64,000 bases of DNA from an uncultured Chloroflexia bacterium (GTDB lineage: Bacteria > Chloroflexota > Limnocylindria > Limnocylindrales > CSP1-4): assembly GCA_963814315.1 (NCBI GenBank), contig CAWFCG010000001.1, positions 3,687-67,686 of the forward strand, in the 5' to 3' direction. The notes beneath the pieces are model-generated. The model saw nothing but the letters and a program-made list of their open reading frames with translations. It was not told the DNA's origin and searched no databases. Both the position numbers and the translations under genes were made by a program. This document shows positions 19,543-29,475 of this stretch, piece after piece (position 1 is the first letter of the stretch; the number at the start of each line of letters is the position of its first letter).

Positions 19543-20970
19543 TCACGGATCGGCCGACTGGTCATCGGCTGCGTCGGTCTCGTCAGCGGGCGCGGGCGTG
19601 TCGGTGTCAGCCGGCTGGGCCGTGTCGGTGTCAGCCGGCTGGGCCGTGTCGGTGCCCGGGATCTCGGAGTCAGCGATCACGCAGGAGAGGTCACCAGCCA
19701 CGAAACCATCCAGTCCGGGACCGGTGCGCAGGCCAGCCGCACCCGTCAATGAGGTGTGGTCGATGATGGCCTCACCGGCGGGTGTCGTCAGCTCCGCACC
19801 GTCGGCCAAGGCAAAGGTCCACTGTCCAGCAGGTGCCTCGAACGTCAGCGAAACGGCGTTCTGCGCGGGTGCCACGGCCAGGTCAGCGTCGACCACGATG
19901 GGCGCCGCGTCGGCCTCCGCCCCGACCGCGGTGAGCGCCACCGGGATGCTGCCCATCGCGTCGATGGCAGGCTGCAGCAGCGTCGCGATCTGCTCGGCAT
20001 CCCCAGCTCGGTCCATGCCGGCGGTGTAGCGGATGAGCGTCCCCTCCGGGTCGGCCATCTGGAGCCCGGCGGCCTCAGCCCCAGCCGCGCTGTAGGTCTC
20101 CAGCGAACGGCATTCCAGGGTTGGCAAGCCGGCCTTCTTGTCCCAGCCAGAGGCCGGGTCGGCGAAGTCGATGAAGTGACCGCCAGCGGGCAGCTCAAGA
20201 CGGTCGATGACCTCTCCGGCGTCGGTGCTGCTGCGAACACTGACCACGACCGAGTCGGTGTCCTTCTGGCGCGGGACCACGAGGTACCAGGTCGAAGTCT
20301 TGGTCTGGTAGAAGCCAAAGACGCCCGACTCGGTGTTGTAGTACTCGATTGCATCACCGGGCTGCCGACCGCTGACGTCGGTCGTGCCGGTGGCGAAGGC
20401 GCCGTTGTTGAAGACGCCGCTCAGGCTAAAACGTTCGACGCCGGCGCGCGGATCTGTCTCGGAGTCGGCGCCCATCGCGGTCGCGCCGGAGCCGCCGATG
20501 CCGACCTCGACCTGCTGCCCCTGGACTTCACGCGGCAGGCGATCAGCCATCTTCACCGCCACGAAGACGCCGGGATCACCCTTCTGCCAGTCGGCCTGGG
20601 CGCCGTAGAACGCGCCCAGGGTCCCGACAGGGAAGTCACTCGCCATGGTGCTGAGCAACTTCGCCGGCATCTGGCTCGGCGCCATGGTCACGGCTTCGAT
20701 GTCGGTCCAGGCGGGAGCATCGGGGGCGGGCGAGCCATCGGCTAGAGCCTGGTCGCCGCCGCCATCAGCGATGCGAGTCAATCGTCCGGCCATGCTGGTG
20801 TTGGCCATCCGATCCTGACGCCCGGCGAGAACGACGATGGGCGGGGGCGGACCCTCAGGCTCGGTCGGCTTCGACTTCTTGGCTCCCAGAACGGGGGTGG
20901 TCGAGACCACACTGACAAGCATCGTCGTCGACAAGAAGCTCAGGGCGATCCGGGTCGAGCGGCTGGACAT
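19543..20970 (-). CDS. Secreted/lipoprotein-like hypothetical protein with C-terminal acidic TDTAQPAD repeats
   Basis: Start chosen at MSSRSTRIALSFLSTTMLVSVVSTTPVLG (signal peptide). The C-terminus is encoded by a 24-nt tandem repeat at 19598..19660. No recognisable catalytic motifs. Confidence 0.5.
   Translation of the reverse strand: MSSRSTRIALSFLSTTMLVSVVSTTPVLGAKKSKPTEPEGPPPPIVVLAGRQDRMANTSMAGRLTRIADGGGDQALADGSPAPDAPAWTDIEAVTMAPSQMPAKLLSTMASDFPVGTLGAFYGAQADWQKGDPGVFVAVKMADRLPREVQGQQVEVGIGGSGATAMGADSETDPRAGVERFSLSGVFNNGAFATGTTDVSGRQPGDAIEYYNTESGVFGFYQTKTSTWYLVVPRQKDTDSVVVSVRSSTDAGEVIDRLELPAGGHFIDFADPASGWDKKAGLPTLECRSLETYSAAGAEAAGLQMADPEGTLIRYTAGMDRAGDAEQIATLLQPAIDAMGSIPVALTAVGAEADAAPIVVDADLAVAPAQNAVSLTFEAPAGQWTFALADGAELTTPAGEAIIDHTSLTGAAGLRTGPGLDGFVAGDLSCVIADSEIPGTDTAQPADTDTAQPADTDTPAPADETDAADDQSADP
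19598..19660. repeat. 24-nt tandem repeat x2.6 (gtgtcggtgtcagccggctgggcc) encoding TDTAQPAD units
   Basis: Direct read of the sequence. Confidence 0.8.
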
Positions 20971-21135
20971 GGGTGCTGGTCTCCCTGCGCAGTAGGTGTC
21001 CCCGATGGTACCCCGAGGCTGCCAGGCTGCCGGCAGCAGGCTGCAATCTGCTGCAGGTGCGCAATCACGCCAGCGTGGCTGGGACACTAGGATGGAGCGA
21101 CACTGCACGATCTGGACGGACGGAGGACGGGGCCG

Positions 21136-22371
21136 ATGGCCAGGAAGCCCGATATCGCGACGGCTGACCCGTGGGAAGCCTTGTTCGACCGGCTACGTGC
21201 GGTCAAGGCGTCCGTGGTCGAGGCCACCGCGCGTGACACCGGCATCGACCCGATCCACATCGAACCGGCATTCGACGAGGTCCTGGATCTCGTCGCCGAG
21301 CCGGTCCCCAACACCGAGCAGATCGCCCGCTGGCGTGACGAGGGCATGCGGCTGGCACGGGCGGGTGCCCCCACCGAGCGGGTCCTCGATGGCTATCTCT
21401 CCCTCAACTGGGTCATCTGGCAAGCGGTGATGCGGGAGAAGGACATCGATCACGCGGTGGTGCTGGAGTTCGCATTTCGTCTGCTGCGGGGACTCGACGA
21501 CGCCGTCGCCGCCATCTCGGAGGGCTATGTCCGTGTGGAGGTCGAGCTGGCGGCAGCCCACTCGCATGAGCGCCGAGCCGTGCTCGATGAGCTGCTGGGG
21601 GCCCCGCGTGCCACCCCAGAGGATCGCGCCCGCATCCGGCGTCTCGGCGAACGGCATGGCCTGCCGCCACAGGCAGCCTATCGACTCATCCTCATCCACG
21701 CGGCGGACTCGACCGACGAGACCATCGATGCGGCCGTGGACGTCCTGCAGAAACGCATCGATGCGTCGAGGTCAAACCACCATGACCAGCCCGGCATCCG
21801 CCTGCCTGTCGTGCTGTCCTGGCGCGGTCGGGCCCTCATCTTCGCCACCGGCGCGTGGCCCGGCGAGCAGCGCCTTCGTGATGCTCTGCCGTTGGTCATG
21901 GGTGAGGGTGTGGTGGCGGTCGATGCCGGACCGATCGAAGGCTGCGAGGCATTGGCCGAGGCGCTTGAAGCCGCCAACTACTGCATGAGTGTGGCCACGG
22001 CCATCGGGCAGCGCGGCTGGATCAGCGACCCCAGCCAGCTCGCGCTGGAATCAACCTTCCTGCTCGATGCCGACCTGGTGCGGTCGGCAGTGGAGCGGGA
22101 ACTGGGCCCCTTGCTGAAGGACGCCCGCATGGGTGAGGAGCTCATCGAGACGCTGGAGGTCTACCTCGGCTCACGCCAGAACGCTCGTGAGGCTGCGCGC
22201 CGCCTGCACTTGGCCCCCCGGACGGTGGCCTATCGGCTGGAGCGCATCGAGAGCCTGTTGGGCGTCGCGCTCGATGGCGAGGTCACCATGCGACTGGGTG
22301 CAGCCCTGCTGGCGCTGCGGGTGAGCCGCCAGTCGAGCCGCAGTACGGGGCCGTCGGCCGCGGGGTCCTGA
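21136..22371 (+). CDS. PucR/CdaR-family transcriptional regulator
   Basis: C-terminal PucR HTH: TLEVYLGSRQNAREAARRLHLAPRTVAYRLERIESLLGV. 411 aa. Confidence 0.7.
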   Translation: MARKPDIATADPWEALFDRLRAVKASVVEATARDTGIDPIHIEPAFDEVLDLVAEPVPNTEQIARWRDEGMRLARAGAPTERVLDGYLSLNWVIWQAVMREKDIDHAVVLEFAFRLLRGLDDAVAAISEGYVRVEVELAAAHSHERRAVLDELLGAPRATPEDRARIRRLGERHGLPPQAAYRLILIHAADSTDETIDAAVDVLQKRIDASRSNHHDQPGIRLPVVLSWRGRALIFATGAWPGEQRLRDALPLVMGEGVVAVDAGPIEGCEALAEALEAANYCMSVATAIGQRGWISDPSQLALESTFLLDADLVRSAVERELGPLLKDARMGEELIETLEVYLGSRQNAREAARRLHLAPRTVAYRLERIESLLGVALDGEVTMRLGAALLALRVSRQSSRSTGPSAAGS

Positions 22372-22403
22372 CCGCGTGTTCGAGCTGCTTGGCGCCGCCC
22401 TAT

Positions 22404-23057
22404 TCAGTCGAGATCGGCGAGCGCTTCGATCAGCTCATGCAGCGAGGCGATGCGGGCGTCGGCGAGGCTCAGCACCTCGGGGCCTGGATCGGTGCTCGGG
22501 TTGGGGATGGCCACCACCTTGGCGCCGGCTGCCTTGCCGGCCTTGATGCCGGCTCCGGAGTCCTCGACGACTGCGGTGGTCGCCGGGTCCAGGCCCATAC
22601 GTCCGATGAGCTCAAGGTAGACATCGGGAGCCGGCTTGCCATGTTGGACCTCGTCGCTCGAGATGAGCGTCTCGAAGTAGGGGCGCCACCGAGCACCCTT
22701 CAGGCAGGCGTCGATCAAGGATTGGGTCGAGCCTGACGCCAAGCCCACACGAAATCGGTCCGCGCAGGCGGGCAGCGCTTCGTCTGCTCCGGGCAGGATC
22801 GGCACCTCGCCAGCCTCGTAGTAGCCGACCATCCGGCTCACGATCCCGTCGAGCACCTGTTGGCGACTCCGCTGCCCGTCGAGCTTGTCGTAGAGCGTGT
22901 CGACCCAGACGCCAGTGTGGACGCCGGCCATGGCGATCTGGTCGGTCTCGGTCCAGATCTTCCCGTGCTGAGCGGCCAGATCGACTCGGGCTCGATACCA
23001 GGCCGGCTCGCTGTCGACCAGCAGGCCGTCCATATCGAAGATGACGGCTTTGATCAT
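22404..23057 (-). CDS. HAD-superfamily hydrolase (beta-phosphoglucomutase/phosphatase-like subfamily IA)
   Basis: Motif I VIFDMDGLLVDSE; typical HAD-IA length of 217 aa. Confidence 0.75.
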   Translation of the reverse strand: MIKAVIFDMDGLLVDSEPAWYRARVDLAAQHGKIWTETDQIAMAGVHTGVWVDTLYDKLDGQRSRQQVLDGIVSRMVGYYEAGEVPILPGADEALPACADRFRVGLASGSTQSLIDACLKGARWRPYFETLISSDEVQHGKPAPDVYLELIGRMGLDPATTAVVEDSGAGIKAGKAAGAKVVAIPNPSTDPGPEVLSLADARIASLHELIEALADLD

Positions 23058-23160
23058 CTGGGGTTCCTACTTCTGGTGCTGTGGCAAATCCATGATACCG
23101 ACGTCACGCTCAGCGGTGACAGGAGGCCAGGGTCACGAGGCCAAGGAGCCGCGTCGCTGC

Positions 23161-24147
23161 CTACTCGAGCGGGAGTCTCCAGACAGCGCTGATGTCGTGG
23201 GCAGTGATCCACGCCGCCTCATCGTCAGCGGCGACGCTCCCGCTGCCGGCGTGAGGTCCGTAGCGGGCAACGACCTCGTTCGTGACGAGATCGACGCGAG
23301 CCACGAGGACGTCACTGACCCGCGCCCAGACGGACCCGCCGCCGACGGCGATGTCGCCACCCTCCACTGGCGCCGGCGAGACGAGGATGGTGGCGGTCAC
23401 GGTGTCGGTGACAGGATCGATACGGGACACGGTGCCATCGCCTTCGTTCATGGCCCAGACAGAGCCCTCACCGACAGCGAGGAAGCGCGGCCGCTTGCCG
23501 ACGGCGATGTCGCCGACGACATGCCCGTCAGAGGGATCGACGTGCAAGACGCGATCGCTGCCAGTGTCCGCGATCCACACCCCGCCGTATCCCGCTCGCA
23601 CACCCGAGAGCAAGCTTCCCTCGATCAGGAACTGGCCGACCACGGTATCCGACGCGGGATCGATCTTGAGTAGGGTCTGCGCGCCAAATCCATAGGAGAC
23701 GAGCCACACGGCTCCTTCCCCGGCAGCCACCGAACTCTCTGCCTGGATGTTCCTCACAGGCAGGGCTATGGTCGCCACGATGCTGGCCGTGACGGGATCG
23801 ATGCGAACGAGCGACGGCGAGGTGGACGCGCAGGCCCCGATCCAGACGGCATCGAAGCCGACGTCCATGGCCTGACACGTTTCACCCGGGATCGGCAACG
23901 TGGCGAGGACGGTGCCGTCGTCTTCAAGCTGTTGGACGGCTGCGCCGACCGCGACCCAGGCGGAGCCATCGGCCATGACCACCCAGTCCGCGGGGGGTGC
24001 GACACCGAAGTGCGACGCCCCGGCGTCGCTGAGGGACTGCTCCTCGACCAACGCAGGAGGCGCTGATCCGTCCTGTCCGAGACCACTCGTTGGGAACATG
24101 ACGGCAGTCGCGAAGAGCGCGGTCGCGACCAGGATCGGTTGACGCAT
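23161..24147 (-). CDS. Secreted beta-propeller repeat protein (YVTN/NHL-like)
   Basis: Signal peptide MRQPILVATALFATAVMFP. Repeated DGxV/GxxVWxxxxGxxxVxRIDP blades. Confidence 0.55.
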   Translation of the reverse strand: MRQPILVATALFATAVMFPTSGLGQDGSAPPALVEEQSLSDAGASHFGVAPPADWVVMADGSAWVAVGAAVQQLEDDGTVLATLPIPGETCQAMDVGFDAVWIGACASTSPSLVRIDPVTASIVATIALPVRNIQAESSVAAGEGAVWLVSYGFGAQTLLKIDPASDTVVGQFLIEGSLLSGVRAGYGGVWIADTGSDRVLHVDPSDGHVVGDIAVGKRPRFLAVGEGSVWAMNEGDGTVSRIDPVTDTVTATILVSPAPVEGGDIAVGGGSVWARVSDVLVARVDLVTNEVVARYGPHAGSGSVAADDEAAWITAHDISAVWRLPLE

Positions 24148-24361
24148 CGAAGCCACCTCCAGCCCCCTGAGGCCGGCGGCCTCCACAGCCATGGAAGGCG
24201 TCAGCGCCACCTCAACGAAGCGAGAGCATGCACCCCGCACCAGACCCGGTCAACAGGGAGACGTGCCTGCTTCTCGGACGCCGAAGTTAGCGAATTCCGG
24301 GCGTATGGTTCCCACATGTCTGGCATGGGGGCCGAGGCCAGGACCACCTCGCTCCAGGTGA

Positions 24362-24702
<341 letters not shown>

Positions 24703-24812
24703 GGCATCGGCAGGATAGCAGCGGCTCGACGTGGGCAGCGGAGCCGAGCGGAGCAGCGCCCGCCGGCACGATCGAGAGCAAGAACGGCCGTGGGCGCTAT
24801 GCTCGGCGCGCC

Positions 24813-25982
24813 GTGAACCACGTCTCACTGTCTCGGGCCTTCGTCGCTGCCCTCACCACGACCATGCTGATCGTGGCCATGGCAGGCCCCGCGACGGCGG
24901 GCGCGCCAGCCGTCGACCCTGAGCTCGCCGCCAAGCTGCAGGTCCGGCTGGACCAGTGGCGCGTCAGTCACCGCGCGCCCGGCGTCGCGGCCGCAGTTCG
25001 CCTGCCCGATGGCAGCCGCTGGCTGGGCACGTCCGGCAGCCGCACCACCGGCAAGAGCGCAAAGTCGGTCAAGCCCGGCACGCCCTTCGCCATCGCCTCA
25101 CTCACCAAGACGTTCATGGCCGCCCTGATCCTGCAGCTGCGCGAGGAGGGCAAACTCGGGCTTGGTGCCAAGCTCTCGACCTGGCTGCCCGACTACCCCA
25201 AGGCGAACAAGATCAGCATCAAGATGCTTCTGGGCCACCGCAGCGGCATCTTCGACTACTTCGCCAACCCCCAGTACGAATCGCGTGTGTTCGGACGGCC
25301 CAAGCACCACTGGCGAACGGGCGAGATCCTTAAGCTCACGGGTCCCCGCTACTGCTCGCCGGGCACCTGCTACCGCTATTCCAACACCAACTACGTGCTG
25401 CTGGGCATCATCGTGCGCAAGGTCACCGGCAAGACGCCTGCACAGAACATCCGCCAACGCTTCCTTGAGCCGCTTGGCCTGACCGAGACGTACTTCCAGG
25501 GCGAGGAGCCCATCGGCCGTGAGCCGGCCAAGGGCTACTGGGCGATCGGTAGGAGCTGGATCGGATTTGCTGATGGCTCGCGATACCGCCCCAACACCTC
25601 CGGAGCCACGGTCGCCGATGCGGCTGGCGCCATAGTCTCCTCCGTCCGAGACGTCTCGGATTGGCAGGAGGCGCTCCTTGGCGGCGACGTGCTGGAACCG
25701 GAGTCCCTGGCATTGATGCTGCGGTTCCACCCCAGGAGCGGCTATGGCTTGGGGATGCGCTACGCGGTCCTGGATGGCCGACTCGCCATCGGCCATGGTG
25801 GCTCGCTGCGGGGTTACGTGTCGCTCATGTACCGACTCCCGGTGGACGACCTGGACGTGGTCGTCCTCACCAACTTGGGCCGCTCCAACATCCAGGTCCT
25901 CGCCGACAAGCTCACGCGGACCACACTGAAGCACCTTGAGCCCGACCCCGAGCCTTTGCCGACCTCTACTCCGACCCCCTGA
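24813..25982 (+). CDS. Serine hydrolase, beta-lactamase/transpeptidase-like (class C-related, secreted)
   Basis: Signal peptide, then the SxxK motif FAIASLTKTF, and YxN (YSNTNY). The GTG at 24813 was chosen as start because the longer ORF overlaps the tRNA. Confidence 0.7.
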   Translation: MNHVSLSRAFVAALTTTMLIVAMAGPATAGAPAVDPELAAKLQVRLDQWRVSHRAPGVAAAVRLPDGSRWLGTSGSRTTGKSAKSVKPGTPFAIASLTKTFMAALILQLREEGKLGLGAKLSTWLPDYPKANKISIKMLLGHRSGIFDYFANPQYESRVFGRPKHHWRTGEILKLTGPRYCSPGTCYRYSNTNYVLLGIIVRKVTGKTPAQNIRQRFLEPLGLTETYFQGEEPIGREPAKGYWAIGRSWIGFADGSRYRPNTSGATVADAAGAIVSSVRDVSDWQEALLGGDVLEPESLALMLRFHPRSGYGLGMRYAVLDGRLAIGHGGSLRGYVSLMYRLPVDDLDVVVLTNLGRSNIQVLADKLTRTTLKHLEPDPEPLPTSTPTP

Positions 25983-26103
25983 CCCAAAGCGGCACACGTT
26001 CATCGATCGTAGGCATCTGCACCGCCGGGCAACAACCCATCGATGCCATGTCGAACCCGGACTCAAGCTCCGCAAGTGCCTCGACTCGCGCCTGCTCGTA
26101 GTC

Positions 26104-26124
26104 ATTTGACCCGCCCGGCGGGTG
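26104..26124. repeat. Palindromic motif TTGACCCG-N5-CGGGTGAA (copy 1 of a dispersed 8-5-8 inverted repeat)
   Basis: Direct read; one mismatch relative to the perfect palindrome. Confidence 0.6.
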
Positions 26125-26166
26125 AAGCGACGGAGCAGCGCCACTGAGACCCGCCTGCGGCGTCGA

Positions 26167-26187
26167 TTCACCCGTGGGGCAGGGGAA
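26167..26187. repeat. Palindromic motif TTCACCCG-tgggg-CAGGGGAA (copy 2), with flanks matching the copy at 39055
   Basis: 27 of 29 nt identical to 39053..39081. Confidence 0.6.
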
Positions 26188-26360
26188 ACGTCCCAAACAA
26201 CGTCAGGAAATGGGTCATTCGACCCGTCCAGCGGTTGAGACGACCGGAAACAACCCTCATGGTCGTGGTTGCTCCGTCCGATGACCCATGGGGCGGGCAG
26301 CCATTGGCGTTGGCCGCGGCGTTGGGGAGCAGCGCACGTGCACGACGCACCACCTCAGAC

Positions 26361-27677
26361 TCAACTGGCGGAGATGCGCTCTCCCAAGCGTGCCTGCAGC
26401 ACCTCCGGCACCGCCATCGACCCGTCAGGCTGCTGGTAGACCTCCAGGATGGCGGCGACGACACGCGGCAGCGCCAAACCGGAACCATTCAGAGTGTGCA
26501 GGATCTCCGGCTTGGCGCCCTTCTCCGGCCGCCAGCGGATGGCCATGCGACGCGCCTGGTAGTCGCGGAAGTTGGAGACGGAACTCACTTCCAGCCAATC
26601 CTCGACGCCCGGCGCCCATACTTCCAGGTCGTACTTCTTGGCCTGGGTGAAACCCATGTCGCCGGTCGCCATCAGCTTGACCCGATAAGGCAGGCCCAGC
26701 CGCTGCAAGCAGACCTCCGCACGCTCGACCATCCACTCCAACGTGGCATCCGAATCGGCCGGCTTCTCGAAGGCCACCATCTCCACCTTGTCGAACTGGT
26801 GCACGCGCAGGACGCCGCGCGTCTTGGCACCGGCCGCCCCTGCCTCGCGACGGAAGCAGGGCGAGTAGGCCACATAGCGGATAGGCAGATCTTCAGCCTC
26901 GATGATCTCGTCGCGGTGGATGTTGGTGACGGGCACCTCCGCGGTCGGCACCAAGTACAGGTCGTCACGCGTGACGACGTACATCTGGTCTTCCTTGTCA
27001 GGGATCTGACCGGTCCCGCGAGCCGAGTCCTCGTTGACCACGGCTGGCGGCCACACCTCAGTCATGCCGTGCTCACTGGTATGTAGATCGAGGAAGAAGT
27101 CGATCAGCGTACGCTGGAGTTTGGAGCCAGCGCCCTTGTAGAGCGGCCAGCCCGAACCGGTGATCTTGGCACCGGCCGCCAGGTCGATCATGCCCAGCGG
27201 CTCGGCGACCTCCCAGTGCGGCTTGCGAACCCAAGCCTCCGAGTCACCGTCCTGCTCAACGGCGTGTGCCGCAGGCTCTCCCCAGCTGCGCACGATCTGG
27301 CTGGCGTCCTCGCCACCGACCGGTACGCCCGCGTCGGGCGGATTGGGGATACGCAGCAGCATGTCATCCAGCCGAGCGCTCACCTCGGCCAGCTGGGCAT
27401 CCAGACCACCCAGCTCGGCGCCGATCCAGTTCGACTGCTCCTTCAGCTGCGTGACCCTGGGACCGTTGGGCTGCTCGCCGCTCTTGATGGCGATGCCGAT
27501 GGACTCGGAGATCTGCTTCTTTTGTGCGCGTAGCGAATCGGCTTTGCCCAGCAGCTCTCGCCGCTGGATATCAACCACCAGCGCCCGGTCCACCAGTGCA
27601 GGGTCCTCACCTTTGACGATACAGCCCGCCCGGATGATGTCAGTCTCTTCCCGCAGCCGGGTCGACCCCACGCTCAT
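26361..27677 (-). CDS. serS: Serine--tRNA ligase
   Basis: N-terminal coiled-coil arm, class II core (FRREAGAAGAKTRGVLRVHQFDKVE) and C-terminal motif 3 region. ATGA overlap with the upstream lysS. Confidence 0.85.
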   Translation of the reverse strand: MSVGSTRLREETDIIRAGCIVKGEDPALVDRALVVDIQRRELLGKADSLRAQKKQISESIGIAIKSGEQPNGPRVTQLKEQSNWIGAELGGLDAQLAEVSARLDDMLLRIPNPPDAGVPVGGEDASQIVRSWGEPAAHAVEQDGDSEAWVRKPHWEVAEPLGMIDLAAGAKITGSGWPLYKGAGSKLQRTLIDFFLDLHTSEHGMTEVWPPAVVNEDSARGTGQIPDKEDQMYVVTRDDLYLVPTAEVPVTNIHRDEIIEAEDLPIRYVAYSPCFRREAGAAGAKTRGVLRVHQFDKVEMVAFEKPADSDATLEWMVERAEVCLQRLGLPYRVKLMATGDMGFTQAKKYDLEVWAPGVEDWLEVSSVSNFRDYQARRMAIRWRPEKGAKPEILHTLNGSGLALPRVVAAILEVYQQPDGSMAVPEVLQARLGERISAS

Positions 27678-29365
27678 GCGTCCTGCTCCTCCGCGCTGGG
27701 CTGCTCCTCCGCGCTGGGCTGCTCCTCCGCGCTGGGCGGTTCCTCCTCGCTGAGCGGTTCCTCCGGCGCTTCGGGCTGTCCAGCTGCCTCCGTGGCGGCT
27801 CCGACACGCTCGACCACGAACGACTCGTCAAGGCTGGCCAGCAGCCAGCCCGCACGCGGGCCATTGGTGCGCCCCAGGAATGCAGCGTAGACGGCCGAGA
27901 ATGCATCGCGCGATGACACGCCGCGCGCCTGGCTGCTGCGGTAGATGAGATCCTGCCAGGCATCGCCACCGGCCGGATGCTCGGACGCCGCGCCAGTCCC
28001 GAGGTCAGCCAGGAACAGCACCTGCACTTCGGTCAGACCCTTGACCTCTTCGGGCAGATCCTCGCGCACGCTCACCTGGTAGCGATCTGGGGCCCAGCCG
28101 TCGAGCCAGGTCCGTGCCACCGTGACGCGCTCGGCCAGGATGGCCTTCTCGGCCTCGTCGAGCGGAGCGCCCTTCTCAGCCGCGACGCGCGCCTCCACGT
28201 CCACCCCGGGCACCTGGACCAGCATGGTCAGATGCCGGAAGGCCGGCCGGAAGCGCTGCGCCTCAGCCACCGGGTCGGCTTGCGAGTCGACCAGGCTGAG
28301 TCGGAAGATGCGCTCGTGATCGGCCGGCAACTCACCCCGGTAGGGCAATCCGGCAGTGGCGGCGGCCAATCGGTCGAACTCGTCGAAGAGCCCTGGGATG
28401 GCGTCACCGCCGGGGTCGAAGTCAAGCGCCTTCTTGGGCTTGTGGCGAAGGAAGAGGAAGCGGATGAGCTCCGGTGGCAGCAGGTCGGCCATCTCATGCG
28501 CAGCGGCACCAGATCCCGCAGACGTGCTCATCTTGCGACCACCCACGTTGAGGAACTCGTAGTGCACGTTGAGCGGCGGCTCGCGGTCAAAGACCCGGAG
28601 GCTGACCGCGTTGCTGCGATCGCGGCTGCCGCCCTTGGTGCCCAGATCCTTGCCGCAACCCTCGATGGTGATGCCGAAGTGGCTCCACTTGGCGGCCCAG
28701 TCCACGTTGAACGGCAGCTTGGCCGCCCCACCGAACGGCGACACACGTCCACTGTGGCCGCAACCGCGGGCCCAGGCCACGTAGTCGGGCTGGCACTCGT
28801 AGGCCACCGTCTGGCCGTCCCAATCGGTGGCCAGGGTGGTGCCGATGCGACCGCAGCTCTGGCAGATGACCGAGACCGGCAGCCAGCCGGGAGCACGCTC
28901 CACATTGCTGACTCGCAGGTAGATATCCCGGATGACAGCCGCGCGATCGAGCGCGGCACGGATGAAGCGGTCCATGGAGCCGTCCCCATAGAGCTGGCTC
29001 ATCCAGTAGACCTCCGGGCTCACGCCCAGGCCTGCGAAGGTGCCCATGAAGAGCTCACCCACGAAGTAGCGCGCGTAGCTCTCAGCATCGCTGCCCGCAG
29101 GTGCGGGCACGTGGGCAAGCGGCACGCCCATGAAGCGCTCGACCGCGTCTGGTGTCAGCAGCGCCTGCGAATCCATGGGGTCAAGATCATCGACGCCGTA
29201 GAGGAAGCGACTGGGCACGTCAGCCTGGAGGAGGGCGCGGTGGATGACATCGTGCAGGACGACTCCCCGCAGCGAGCCGATGTGCACGGTTCCCGACGGC
29301 GTCTTGGAATCGTTGACGACCTGCGGTCCATCGAAGCGGGCAGCGAGTTCGTCAGCCCAAAACAT
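27674..29365 (-). CDS. lysS: Lysine--tRNA ligase, class I (archaeal-type LysRS-I) with a C-terminal acidic PSAEEQ repeat tail
   Basis: N-terminus FWADELAARF...KTPSGTVHIGSLRGVV matches LysRS-I (HWAD...TPSGxxHIGNxRE). KMSKS-like loop GGRKMSTSAGSG present. Good AGGAGA Shine-Dalgarno before the ATG at 29365. Confidence 0.65.
   Translation of the reverse strand: MFWADELAARFDGPQVVNDSKTPSGTVHIGSLRGVVLHDVIHRALLQADVPSRFLYGVDDLDPMDSQALLTPDAVERFMGVPLAHVPAPAGSDAESYARYFVGELFMGTFAGLGVSPEVYWMSQLYGDGSMDRFIRAALDRAAVIRDIYLRVSNVERAPGWLPVSVICQSCGRIGTTLATDWDGQTVAYECQPDYVAWARGCGHSGRVSPFGGAAKLPFNVDWAAKWSHFGITIEGCGKDLGTKGGSRDRSNAVSLRVFDREPPLNVHYEFLNVGGRKMSTSAGSGAAAHEMADLLPPELIRFLFLRHKPKKALDFDPGGDAIPGLFDEFDRLAAATAGLPYRGELPADHERIFRLSLVDSQADPVAEAQRFRPAFRHLTMLVQVPGVDVEARVAAEKGAPLDEAEKAILAERVTVARTWLDGWAPDRYQVSVREDLPEEVKGLTEVQVLFLADLGTGAASEHPAGGDAWQDLIYRSSQARGVSSRDAFSAVYAAFLGRTNGPRAGWLLASLDESFVVERVGAATEAAGQPEAPEEPLSEEEPPSAEEQPSAEEQPSAEEQDA
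27685..27774. repeat. 18-nt tandem repeat x5 (degenerating) encoding the PSAEEQ tail of LysRS
   Basis: Direct read: gctcctccgcgctgggct units. Confidence 0.75.
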
Positions 29366-29391
29366 GTGCGGTCCCCTCTCCTATGCCAAGT

Positions 29392-29446
29392 GGGCCGGGC
29401 GTCCAGGGCGGGCCGGGCGTCCAGGGCGAGCCGGGCGTCCCGGCGG
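29392..29446. repeat. 18-19-nt tandem repeat x3 (gggccgggcgtccagggcg) in the lysS 5' leader / greA 3' region
   Basis: Direct read. Located 27-80 nt upstream of the lysS start codon on the coding strand. Confidence 0.7.
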
Positions 29447-29475
29447 ACCGGCCGTCGAATGGGGCCAGGACGCTC

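Noticed and set aside
19756-20745. 329-aa plus-strand ORF opposite the secreted repeat protein
   Set aside because: It has no start context, and the minus-strand frame has a signal peptide and in-frame repeat periodicity. Only one strand is likely coding, and the secreted protein is the better supported.
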